DNA from: Eledone cirrhosa
Lineage: Eukaryota
Assembly: GCA_964016885.1 (NCBI GenBank)
Contig: OZ024765.1
Coordinates: forward strand, 23,498,001-23,562,000
Direction of reading: 5' to 3'
Length of the DNA stretch: 64,000 nt
The notes beneath the pieces are model-generated. The model made no database searches. It had not been told where the DNA came from and was given only the letters and a program-made list of their open reading frames with translations. The translations under genes were made by a program, and so were the position numbers. The number at the start of each line of letters is the position of its first letter. The first letter of the stretch is position 1. This document shows, piece after piece, positions 12,709-24,500 of the stretch.

Positions 12709-12740
<32 letters not shown>

Positions 12741-14005
12741 CTAAGACTAAAGTCCTAGTTTGTAGAAAGGAAAATAGGGCACAGGTACCCTCAGGGAAAT
12801 GGCCATGCTCAGTGTGTAGGAAACGAGTAGGCAGAAATTAAATTTTATATCCCAAATGCAAAGTATGGGTACATAAAAGATGTAGTGGGATCACAGGTAA
12901 ACTATCTAAGAACGTAGACTTTATATGTGGCCGATGCTCAGGTGCAATAAGTAGCAAGTGTCCACAGGATACTAGCTCCTTCTATTGCCCAGATGGTTCT
13001 ATAGAAATAGTAGACACTTTCGGTTACCTGGGTGACGAAATCAGCAGTGGTGGAGGGTGTTCTGAAAGTACAGTAGCCAGAGTCAGAACGGGATGGAAAA
13101 AGTTCAGAGAGCTTATACTGCTGTTGGTCACTAAAGGTTTCTCTGTAAAAATGAAAGGCAGATTGTATGATGCTTGTATATGAACAGCAATGCTACATGG
13201 CAGTGAGACACGGGCATTAAGTGCAGAGGACCTGCGTAGACTGGAAAGGAATGAAGCATGCATACTCCGTTGGATGTGTAATAGTAATATACGTGAACGG
13301 CAAAGCATAAATGAACTAAGTGAGAAATTAGGAATAAGAGGGATCAGATGCTGTTTACTCGAGAGAAGACTACGTTGGTATGGCCACGTGATGCGCATGA
13401 AAGACGACAGCTGCATAAAAAAGTGCAGGGCGATCAAAATTGATGGTAGTTACGGAGTAGGTAGACCCAGAAAAACCTGGGACGATTTGATAAATTCCGA
13501 CCTCACACACTTACACCTCTCCAAGACAATGTCACTGGACCGAGATCTTTGGCGCTACGCAGTAATACAGAAGACCCACCTTCCCTATGTACAAAGCGAA
13601 ACCTACAATCAGTAGGCACCTCTTAACCAAATATACACCCCCATCCCACTACCTCTACCCTATCCTCCCACTCCCGCCAACACCACCCTCTCTCTATAAA
13701 GTTGGTACCACAACATCCAGTCCAAATAAATGAGATAAATGAGATGGAGATCGTGTAGGTATCCTAAAAAACACACACAATCCACGCTGTAATGTGGTCG
13801 TGTAGGTAACACGGTAAAAAGTTCCCAGTCCCACACTGTAAATGTGGTTGGTGTTAGGAAGGGCATCCAGACGTAGAAAACCTGCCAGATAGTTCTATAT
13901 GAGCGAGACATGGTTACCCGACCAACCTTGCCTCAAGTGGGACAACTCCCGTCTAACCCATGCTAGCGTGGAAAATGGACGTTAAACGAAGATGATGATG
14001 ATGAT
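12741..14005 (+). mobile_element. RTE LINE 3' portion with long 3' UTR and (GAT)n tail
   Basis: MLHGSETRAL..LERNEA..RLRWYGHV..GRPRKTW; gttaggaagggcatccag module; tail at 13990. Confidence 0.9.
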
Positions 14006-14041
14006 ACATACATATACATATATACGTACATATATATATAC

Positions 14042-14086
<45 letters not shown>

Positions 14087-14199
14087 CATTTGTATATATA
14101 TATAATATAATATAATATAATATAATATATATATATATACATATACACATTTGTATATATATATACATATACATATATACATATATATATATACATTTG

Positions 14200-14233
<34 letters not shown>

Positions 14234-14317
14234 TACATTTGTATATATATATATATACATATATACATTTGTATATATATATATATATACATATATACAT
14301 GGCTTCTGTAGCTCTGA

Positions 14318-15130
14318 TAAGCCATTCATTCTACACCTAGTTTTCTAAGAGCCCACCAGATAATGGAGCGGAGGACTCTGTCAAAGGCTTTCTCCAGGTC
14401 TACAAAAGTTAAGTAGAGGGGTTTACTTTTAACTAGGTACTTCTCCTGTAGTTGTCGTACAAGAAAAAGAGCGTCTGTGGTACTTTTATCTGACACAAAC
14501 TCAAACTGCATTTCATCGAGATCAATTCGCTCTCTGTGACCTTCATGACCTGGTCAACTAACTTAATGCCTCTATAGTTTCCCCTAGCTAGAGCATCCCC
14601 TTTACAGTTAATGACTGCTACACCAGTCCTTTGGTATGCCCCCATTCTGTATTACTTGGTTTACTATCTGGGTGACCATAGTATGTCCCACCATACCAGA
14701 TGCCTTCAACATCTCAGCAACTATCTCCGAAGGCCCAGCCGCCTTACCCGTCTTCATATCTTTGATTGCCTTACTTATTATACTACCTTTAACTTGCACT
14801 GCTGGTCCCTCTATTGGATCATTGTGGGGTAGACTATCTTTTCCCATTTATTCTCCTCATTTAGTAGCCTCTAGTAGTGACACTTCCAAGCTATCTTCTT
14901 ATCAGTAACAGTGAGGGCAAGTACACCATTATCATTACGGACTCACTTCTCCCCGACAATATCACGATTTTCCTTGACATATTGCCTAGCAATCCTGAAC
15001 ACCTCACGTTTTTGGTCCTCTTGTTCCAGAAAATGCTTGATCTTTCTATCCTCTGCTACCCTTTTTGCAAGGTACACTTGTCTCCTAGCTTCCCTCCTGG
15101 CCACTTGATAGTGTTCTCTACTACCATATT
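14318..15130 (-). mobile_element. RTE LINE internal fragment
   Basis: GKAAGPSEI, NYRGIKLVDQ, FVDLEKAFDRV; duplicated at 17270-17975. Confidence 0.88.
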
Positions 15131-15221
15131 CTTCTCCTCAAGGTAGTCTTTTGTTTTATGTTCATTGTTCAACACACATACACATATAATTGATATTCTC
15201 TTTGGAATTACTGATAAAACT

Positions 15222-16015
15222 TGTTAGTGACACAACTACAAGAGAGGTTCCTAGCCAAGATTAAGCTGCAATATTTAGCTTTTATAGATCTAGAAAAGGC
15301 CTTTGACAGAGTACCTTACTCTGTTATCTGGTGGTCCTTCAGAAAATTAGGTGTAGAAGAATGGCTTGTGAGAGCAGTGCAAGCCATGTACAGAGGAGCT
15401 GTCAGTAAAGTGAGAGTAGGAAGGGAGTTTAATGAAGAATTCAATGTACAGGTAGGTGTTCATCATGGTTCAGTTCACAACCCACTGCTGTTCTTCATAG
15501 TTCTCCAGGCCATAACCAATGGGTTTAAGACTGGCTGTTCAATGGGAAACAGTCTAATGAGAATGATCTGGTCCTTACAGCTGAATCCATAAAAGAACTA
15601 GAGAATAAGTGAGCCTACTGCATATGTAGGAAAGGAGTAGGCATAAACTGTACACAATGATAGCTTCCGCTATCTAGGTGGAGAGAAATGGAGCAACCAT
15701 GCTTCATTGGATGTGCAACGTAAATGTGAGAGAAATTAGACTTCAGAGGAAACCTAAGTGGTGTGCAAGAGAAAAGACTGCTTTGGTAGGGACATGTGAT
15801 ATCCATCGATGGTGATCACTGGTTAAAGAATACCAGAAGAGGGAAGCCATACTAGAGGGAGACCAGGGTAGATGTGGTGAGAGCTGATCTCAAATTGCTG
15901 AGACTTACTGAGGAGATAACGAAGGAACAAGCGAGTGGGGAGATGCTGTGCTTAAAAGGACCCATCCAACCCATGCCAGGACTGAAAAATGGAAGTAAAA
16001 CTATGATGATGATGT
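15222..16015 (+). mobile_element. Degenerate RTE RT/3' fragment
   Basis: FIDLEKAFDRV, GVHHGS; (TGA)n tail; duplicated at 17983-18905. Confidence 0.85.
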
Positions 16016-16036
16016 AGATGAAGTAAATTAAATCAG

Positions 16037-16280
16037 AATAGATTTAGACTAAAACGAACAAAACTTCCCTGAAACAATAAGTTACAGCTAAATATAAACT
16101 ATATTTTATAATGTAAGGTAGTGAACCACATAATTAAATAGACGGAGGTAATTTAGATAATAAATATAGCTTTAATTTACTTAAAGAAATAACAAGGTAC
16201 AGCTAAATATAAACTATATTTTATAATGTAAGGTAGTGAAGATAATTAAATAATAAAGACAGTCATGATAACAATATATT
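16037..16280. repeat. Truncated copy of the 115-bp tandem module
   Basis: Matches 607-872. Confidence 0.85.
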
Positions 16281-17975
16281 TTTGATCGCCCTGCACTTTT
16301 TTATGCACCTGTCGTCTTACATGTGCATCCCGTGGCCATACCAACGTAGTCTTCTCTCAAGTAAACAGCATCTGATCCCTCTTATTCCTAATTTCTCACT
16401 TAGTTCATTTATGCTTTGCCGTTCACATATATTACTATTACACATCCAACAGAGCATGCATGCTTCGTTCCTTTCCAGTCTGCAGAGGTCCTCTTCACAC
16501 AATGCCCATGTCTCACTGCCATGTAGCATTGCTGTTCGTATACAAGCATCATACAATATGCCTTTCATTTTTAGAGAGAAACCTTTTGTGGCCAACAGCG
16601 ATATAAGCTCTCTGAACCTTTTCCATCCTGTTCTGACTCTGGCTACTGTACTTTCAGAACACCCTCCACCACTGCTGATTTCGTCACCCAGGTAACCGAA
16701 AGTGTCTACTATTTCTATAGAACCATCTGGGCAATAGAAGGAGCTAGTATCCTGTGGACACTTGCTACTTATTGCACCTGAGCATCGGCCACATATAAAG
16801 TCTACATTCTTAGATAGTTTACCTGTGATCCCACTACATATTTTATGTACCCATACTTTGCATTTGGGACATAAAATGGAATTTCTGCCTACTCCTTTCC
16901 TACACACTGAGCTTGGCCAATTCCCTGAGGGCACCTGTGCCCTGTTTTCCTTTCTACAAACTAAAACTTTAGTCTTAGACAAGTGAACTTCAAGGCCTTT
17001 TGATTCTAGGCCATGTTTGCATGTTTGGAATTTCTTCTCTAGTTCAGCCATTGATTCAGCTATGAGCGTTAGATGATCTGCGTATAGGAGTTCCCATGCG
17101 CAGCCGGTCTTGAACTCCTCTGTTATAGCCTGAAGGACAATAATAAATCGGAGGGGGCTAAGGACAGAGCCCTGATGAACACCAACTTTTACACTAAATT
17201 CTTCACAATATTCATTGTTAATTCTAACCTTACTGACTGTTTCATTATACATAGCTTGTATAGATCTCACAAGCCATTCATCTACACCTAGTTTTCTAAG
17301 AGCCCACCAGATAATAGAGCGGGGGACTCTGTCAAAGGCTTTCTCCAGGTCTACAAAATCTAAGTAGAGGGGTTTACTTTTAGCTAGGTACTTCTGTAGT
17401 TGTCGTACAAGAAAAAAAGCGTCTGTAGTACTTTTACCCGACACAAACTCAAACTGCATTTCATCTAGATCAATTCGCTCTCTGTGACCTTCATGACCTG
17501 GTCAACTAACTTAATGCTTCTATAGTTTCCCCTATCTAGAGCATCCCCTTTACCCTTGTAGCAGTTAATGATGATGCTCCTTTACCAGTCCTTTGGTATG
17601 ACCCCATTCTGTATTACTTGGTTTACTGTCTGGGTGACCATAGTATGTCCCACCATTCCAGATGCTTTCAACATCTCAGCAACTATCTCTGAAGGCCCAG
17701 CTGTCTTCATATCTTTGATTGCCTTACTTATTATACTACCTTTAACTTGCACTGCTGGTCCCTCTATTGGATCATTGTGGGGTAGACTAGCTTTTTCCCA
17801 TTTATTCTTAGTAGCCTCTCGTAGTGACACTTCCAAGCTATCTTCTTATCAGTATAAGTGAGGGCAAGTACACCATTATCATTACGGACACACTTCTCCC
17901 TGACAATATCACGATTTTCCTTGACACATTGCCTAGCAATCCTGAACACCTCACGTTTTTGGTCCTCTTGTAGAA
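16281..17975 (-). mobile_element. RTE LINE RT fragment
   Basis: 380-aa ORF with DLEKAFDRV, GVHQGSVLSP, LLYADH, GYLG. Confidence 0.92.
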
Positions 17976-17982
17976 AATTCTT

Positions 17983-18905
17983 GATCTAGAAAAGGCCTTT
18001 GACAGAGTACCTTACTCTGTTATCTGCTGGTCCTTCAGAAATGTAGGTGGAGAATGGCTTGTGAGAGCAGTGCAAGCCATGTACAGAGGAGCTGTGAGTA
18101 AAGTGAGAGTAGGAAGGGAGTTTAGTGAAGAGTTCAATGTACAGGTAGGTGTTCATCATGGTTCAGTTCACAACCCACTGCTGTTCTTCATAGTTCTCCA
18201 GGCCATAACCAATGGGTTTAAGACTGGCTGTTCACGGGAAACAGTCTATGTGAATGATATGGTCCTTATAGCTGAATCCATAAAAGAACTAGAGAATAAG
18301 TGAGCCTACTGCATATGTAGGACAGGAGTAGGCATAAACTGTACACAATGATAGCTTCCGCTATCTAGGTAACCTAATTAGTAGTGGAGGAGGGTGCTTC
18401 ATAAGAGAGGCTAGGATTGAAGTTTAGAGAGCTACTTCCACTGTTGGCAAATAAAGGTTTCTCCCTACGTACAAAAATGTTGGCTGTACAATACCTGTGT
18501 GTAACGTGCAATACTGCATGGAAGTGAAACATGGGCAGTAACTGCAGAAGACATGCATAAGCTGGAGAGAAATGGAGCAACCATGCTTCGTTGGATGTGC
18601 AACGTAAATGTGAGAGAAAGTCAGAGCTGGGATAAAATGAGGAAGAATTTGGACTTCAGAGGAAACCTAAGTGGTGTGATATCCATGGATGGTGATCACT
18701 GCTTAAAGAAGTGCCACGGAATACCAGAAGAGGGAAGCCATACTAGAGGGAGACCAGGGTAGATGTAGTGAGAGCTGATCTCAAATTGCTGAGACTCACA
18801 GAGGAGATAACGAAGGAACAAGCGAGTGGGGAGATGTTGTGCTTAAAAGGACCCATCGAACCCATGCCAGGATTGGAAAAGGGACGTAAAACTATGATGA
18901 TGATG
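17983..18905 (+). mobile_element. Degenerate RTE RT/3' fragment
   Basis: Paralogous to 15285-16015; LERNGA..WMC; (TGA)n tail. Confidence 0.85.
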
Positions 18906-18926
18906 TAGATGAAGTAAATTAAATCA

Positions 18927-20338
18927 GAATAGATTTAGACTAAAACGAACAAAACTTCCCTGAAACAACAATAAGGTACAGATAAATATAAAATATATTT
19001 GATAATGTAAGGTAGTGAACGACATATTTAAATAGACGGAGGTAATTTAGATAATAAAGATATCTTTAATTTACTTAAAGCAATAATAAGGTACAGCTAA
19101 ATATAAATTATATTTTATAATGTAAGGTAGTGAACCACATAATTAAATAGACGGAGGTAATTTAAATAATAAAGATATCTTTAATTTACTTAAAGCAACA
19201 ACAAGGTAGAGCTAAATATAAACTATATTTCATAATGTAAGGTAGTGAACAAGATAATTAAATAGACGGAGGAAATAGAGATAATAAATATATCTTTAAT
19301 TTACTTAAAGCAATAACAAGGTACAGCTAAATATAAACTATATTTTATAATGTAAGGTGGTGAACAAGATAATTAAATAGACGGAGGTAATTTAAATAAT
19401 AAATATATATTTAACTTACTTAAAGCAATGACAAGGTACAGCTAAATATAAACTATATTTTATAATGTAAGGTAGTGAACCACATAATTTAATAGACGGA
19501 GGTAATTTAAATAATAAAGACAGTCATGATAACAATATATTTTATATCACATGTAACAGTGGAATCTGGTTAATTACTGGATCGTGGTAGGCTTCACATA
19601 ATTATATTATTTACACACATTAATATAGACATTAAGTAAATCTTTGTCAACTTACCTCCTTCACATATAATCAATGTGTTGTGTTGTTAGTTGTTACTAA
19701 ACAACCAAAGAAATAATCTCTTTGTTATCAAATTAGAAGTTTCAATGTTATCAGCTTTACTTCACGACATTAACGTTGGTGTATCTTCTTCATCTTTAGT
19801 CATAAATTGATATCTTGTCAGAATGAAGTAGTGAGGCTGACTTTATGTCTTTAGCTACAGATTTGATAGGAAATATATATATATTAGGTTGATATGTGGT
19901 CTAAAATATATATATTGTCTATAAAAGACTGATAGCAGATGTGCTGGTGAAATAGTAGTTTTACTACTACAGATTGTAATGGAACTCTTAGTAGACACAA
20001 TTGTAAAGTAGGAATAGATATGACAGTGTAAGACTGATGTCGAGGAAATAAACTTGTGTGTATATATATAATTGTTACACGAGATATAATTAGATTAATT
20101 AAAGTTATTATGTAGACAGCAGGTACTCAGTATCGTTGCGCATGGTTCAACTCTCTTACCGGTGTCATACGTTAAAAGTCCCTGATATAATTTTATACCT
20201 TCAGACACAGTTCCAATCGTTTTTAGTTTATTGTAAATCAGAAAGTATCATTCAATAAAATATCAATTATATATCAATAAGAAAACCTCTAGGTAGTCTC
20301 ACTGATTGCTAGAAATAGCAGCGATATTATCCATTACA
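18927..20338 (-). repeat. Duplicated module: five 115-bp units plus putative ZNF 5' non-coding exon (donor at 19650-19655)
   Basis: ggta(c/g)ag anchors at 18975, 19090, 19205, 19320, 19435; GAG|GTAAGT on minus strand; homologous to 607-1651. Confidence 0.85.
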
Positions 20339-20346
20339 ACTGCTCC

Positions 20347-20379
<33 letters not shown>

Positions 20380-20973
20380 CACACATATATGTACGTATGT
20401 ATGTATATGTGTATATATGTGTATGAATGAGTGTGTATATGTGTACATAGGGTTTTGGTATATGTACGTTTGGTGAACATATGTGTATTTACCTGTAGGT
20501 ATGTGTGAGTGTGCGTTCTATACGCATTTATGCGTGTATATTTATATATGTATTTATAATTATATGTATATATACACACACAAACATATATTTATATGTG
20601 TATTTGGTGCATACAATCGTATGTGTGCGGGTATATGTGTACGTGCATGTATATGCATGCATGCCGTGAGTTTTCGCATATGCTCGTGTATAAATGTGTG
20701 TATGTATATATTTAATTATTATTACTTTTATGATTTTAATAACATCTGTCATTTTCGTTCAACTAATTTATTTACATTATTCTGGACTCCGAAGCCGAGA
20801 ATCAATCAGTTTCCTAAATAGTATATTAGTCTATGACTCCATTTACACCATAAACGTGGTTTTGTCTTTACGTGTAATTGTTGTCACCGCTCCACATAAC
20901 GACGTACTATCTTCGCTTTTTCCCGTTCATTGCCAGGGAACGTCTTCACGAATCAAAGCATAAATTATTTTAA

Positions 20974-21533
20974 CTAGTTGACGTACCCAGCTTCGCCCAG
21001 GTAAACATATGATAAGAGTAAAGGTCCCTATTTACTCCCTTCACAACTCTGTATGTTAGACTGACAGACAGGCACACAGACAGATAAACTGCGTGGCGAT
21101 TGTGGAACGCCGCACGTATACACACATACACGCACATAAACTTACACACGCACCCGTGCACTTACACATACGCACACTCACACATGTTGATAGTTTTTAC
21201 TTTCTGTGGAACGCTGCACGCACGCTCACACACATAAACATACGCGCACATACATACACACGCACACATGTTAATAGTTGTTGCTTCCCCCCCCCCTCTT
21301 ATTTCCACACACATCACACACACACGTCTCTACACTGACACATATACATAGTGTATCCAACACAGCGTTCACTTTGCCTCTCTCTCGCCTCTCACTCTCT
21401 CATTGGCATTATATACATATTAATTTAAGTTTGGCGACGTCGAGGTGGGCGGAGTCGTTTGAAACCTATGAACCAATGATAATCGAGAATTATGACACAC
21501 GGAATATTGACATTGTTGAAATTAATATATAGA
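20974..21533 (-). mobile_element. Non-autonomous Helitron (~560 bp)
   Basis: 5' TC at 21533; 3' hairpin acctgggcgaagctgggt then CTAG|T at 20974; 21020-21533 homologous to 26883-27294. Confidence 0.85.
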
Positions 21534-24500
21534 CTAGCTGACGTACTCAGCTTCGCCCAGGTAAACAGATGATAAGAGAAGACAGGTAAAAGAGAAAATG
21601 ACTGTATTGGATGTTTGACTGGTTACAGTGTGAGGCGAGTCCGTGGTGTCTGTGTGATACAAAAAAAACAGTAAAAATAATCTTCCAGATATACCAGATT
21701 CTTCGTTGTGCGGTTTGTGCATAGTATATGAACAATTCTAGGTGCTCCCACCTAGAATAGTGACCTCTAGGGGATGGTTCCTCTTCTGCCTGACTGGAAA
21801 ACGTGTATCATTGCATAGACGTGGTTGTTCCACATTTCTCAAAAGGATGATGGAAGTTCCAATCTTTTATATTAGATATAGATATAGATAATTAATAAAA
21901 AAGATGTCCGTCAATATAAAAAAGGTCCCTATTTACTTGAAATGGTTTATACAAATGCCAAATTAATATGGATATGGATAACATGGTTATCTATAAGTGG
22001 TCAACTATAATAATAAAACAACAAATTATATGACACAAACATTTATTCAGTAATTTCCAGGCTCTTAGCCACTGAGTAATAGACAGTAAATATTGCCCAG
22101 AGTTCAACTCGGGAGGTGTCCCCTGATTTGAACTCCAAATGGCGGATCCTTCTACTTCGAAAATAGAATCGTTTTTCAATATTACTCTAGCCCTGGCCGG
22201 CCATAGGCACCAAACTTTTTGCCAGACTCAGCATATGATGAAGTTTTATTACCACTGCAATCAGAAGCGATAAATTTGAAGGCAATTTCTACCAATACTT
22301 GTTGGTTTTTATTGCTCATTATCGACAATAAATGACATTGAACATAAATGATAACTCTGCCAAAGCTCACAATACAAATGAAAGGAAACCAATGTCCGAA
22401 TCATATACATCGCTTATTGATAGCATTAAAGATATGCACACATCAGCTCAAAGCTTCATTATAGACAATATTTAGGTTTGTTCCTCTGTTAGTGGTATCA
22501 ATTGCAAATTTTATACCATCAGGATCGCACACTCGAGATGCAGCAACATACAGTTGCCCATGGCTGAATGCTGGATCATTTAAGTAGACACCGACTCGCT
22601 TGAAAGTCTGTCCCTGTGCCTTGTTGACAGTCATGGAGAAGGCTAAATTGATGGGAAACTGTCTCCTTTGCCAAATCAATGGCAGCAGATCTTCACTTGG
22701 TCTCAGCATGATCCTCGGAATGAGAACCGATTCCTCTCTGCCTGGGAGTTTAGCTTCTAAATATAATCGGCACACCATTTTTCAACCTCAAAATATGTGG
22801 GGGAAATCCGGGTATTTGAAGTGAATTCAGAAACTCAGTCGGAACATCCATACTGTTCTGCTGATTAGGCTCCATTGCATCCGCACTGACGGTCCACCAT
22901 TCCTCTCCAGGAAACATTCCGGCTACTTGTGAATTTATTTCATCGACCGTTGCATTCGTATGAGTTAGAATAACACGTTCCGATATCCAGGAGATATTCT
23001 GCCAAAAAGCATTCAAATTAGGGAACACCCAGTCAACCAATGCTTGGCGGTCCAGTGGCATGACCAAATGGTCTGGGATTCATACAGTCTGATTATCACC
23101 AACGTGTGGCAATTCATCGTTTCCCAACTGCATCAACCATCGGCCGTATGTCTCAGCCTCTTCGTTTTGCCCGCACATAGGAAGTCGCATATTATCGTGT
23201 AATCGCAAAACTCTGAAATGGCGCCACAACGGGGACTTTTTCAGACATGCATCGACAATTTGCGCTCTTTGAGCATTCCTAACAATTGGTAGCACCTGTC
23301 TGAAATCGCCACCAACAACGATAGTCTTACCACTGAATGGCAGGTCACTACCGCAGATATCTCTCAAAGTTCTGTCCAATGCCTCCAGCAAATATCTGTG
23401 TGCCATTGGAGCCTCGTCCCAAATAATCAGAGACGTATTGCGTATAAGGCCCGCGAGTTCACTTTGTCCTGTAATATTACAGACACTCAACTCATCCGGA
23501 GCCAATGGAGCCTTGAAGCATGAGTGGAAGGTCCTTCCACCACTCAGCAAAGTGTCAGCGATCCCCCTGGTGGGCACAGGGAGAGGAATCTTCCTCTGAG
23601 CTCTGACTGCTGATAACATAGTGTTGAAACAGAATGTCTTTCCGGTGCCTCCTGGAACATCTATGAAAGCACAAAGTTGCTCATTAGTGGAAATCGAGTG
23701 GAGAACGCCATCGACCAATTCTCTGTGAGATTGGGTCAACATCGGCATACGTTCATCCACAATACGTTGCTGTTCCAGTGGATCAAACTGGAATAGTTCC
23801 CTCCGATCGAGTGGCAACCGTCTAAGCTGCAATCTCATGTTCAATGTTAAGACACGTTGCCGCATTTCTTCATCAGGAATTGGCAAATTAAAATCTGTTA
23901 AACATTTGAAATGAACTTCAAGCAGTTGCTCAATATTGAGCAAAACAATAGCCTTCATCAAATTTTCATCATCGACCTGAAGATGATGCCTAAAATCATC
24001 AGCCATAATTCCCCAATGGCGTTCAAATAACTCTCTTGGATCGGCAGGATTGCAGAATCCTAGAATCGTGACAAACAACTGCCTTATTTGAGGTGGCATC
24101 TGTGTTGTTCCTGCAGCTTCCATGGCGTTATTCCATTCAGCGTCATCCTGAAGGAGTCCCAGATGTTGACACACAGCCTGGTATCTTTCATATTCCACGC
24201 CATTGATTGTTTTCAAATCAGCGAAGCTCTGTTTACCTCTCGAAAAATCACTATGCAACAGAATTCGGAGATAAAACACATCACCAGATACTGGATGGAC
24301 ATTACAAACCCGTCCAATAGTCATGAATCTCAACTTTTGTTTTCTATCATTCCATTTCTTTCCCTTCTTATCCCACGTATAGTGCGAAGGGAAATCGCAG
24401 TAGAGTTGCTTTTGATCCGGGTTCAAAGCATGTTCCCTATTATGCTTGAACCACTCAGTCAATTCCGTCTTAGGAGGTGGTGCGTTAGCAATTCTTTCGA

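Larger units (their letters stand above)
10293..12718 (+). mobile_element. Penelope-like element: inverted pseudo-LTR, 5'-truncated ORF, 3' UTR/pLTR
   Basis: About 10380-10926 is the reverse complement of 12175-12718, with a ~90-nt extension at 10293-10380; GIY-YIG frame between the arms; hammerhead in each arm; flanked by (TA)n. Confidence 0.9.
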
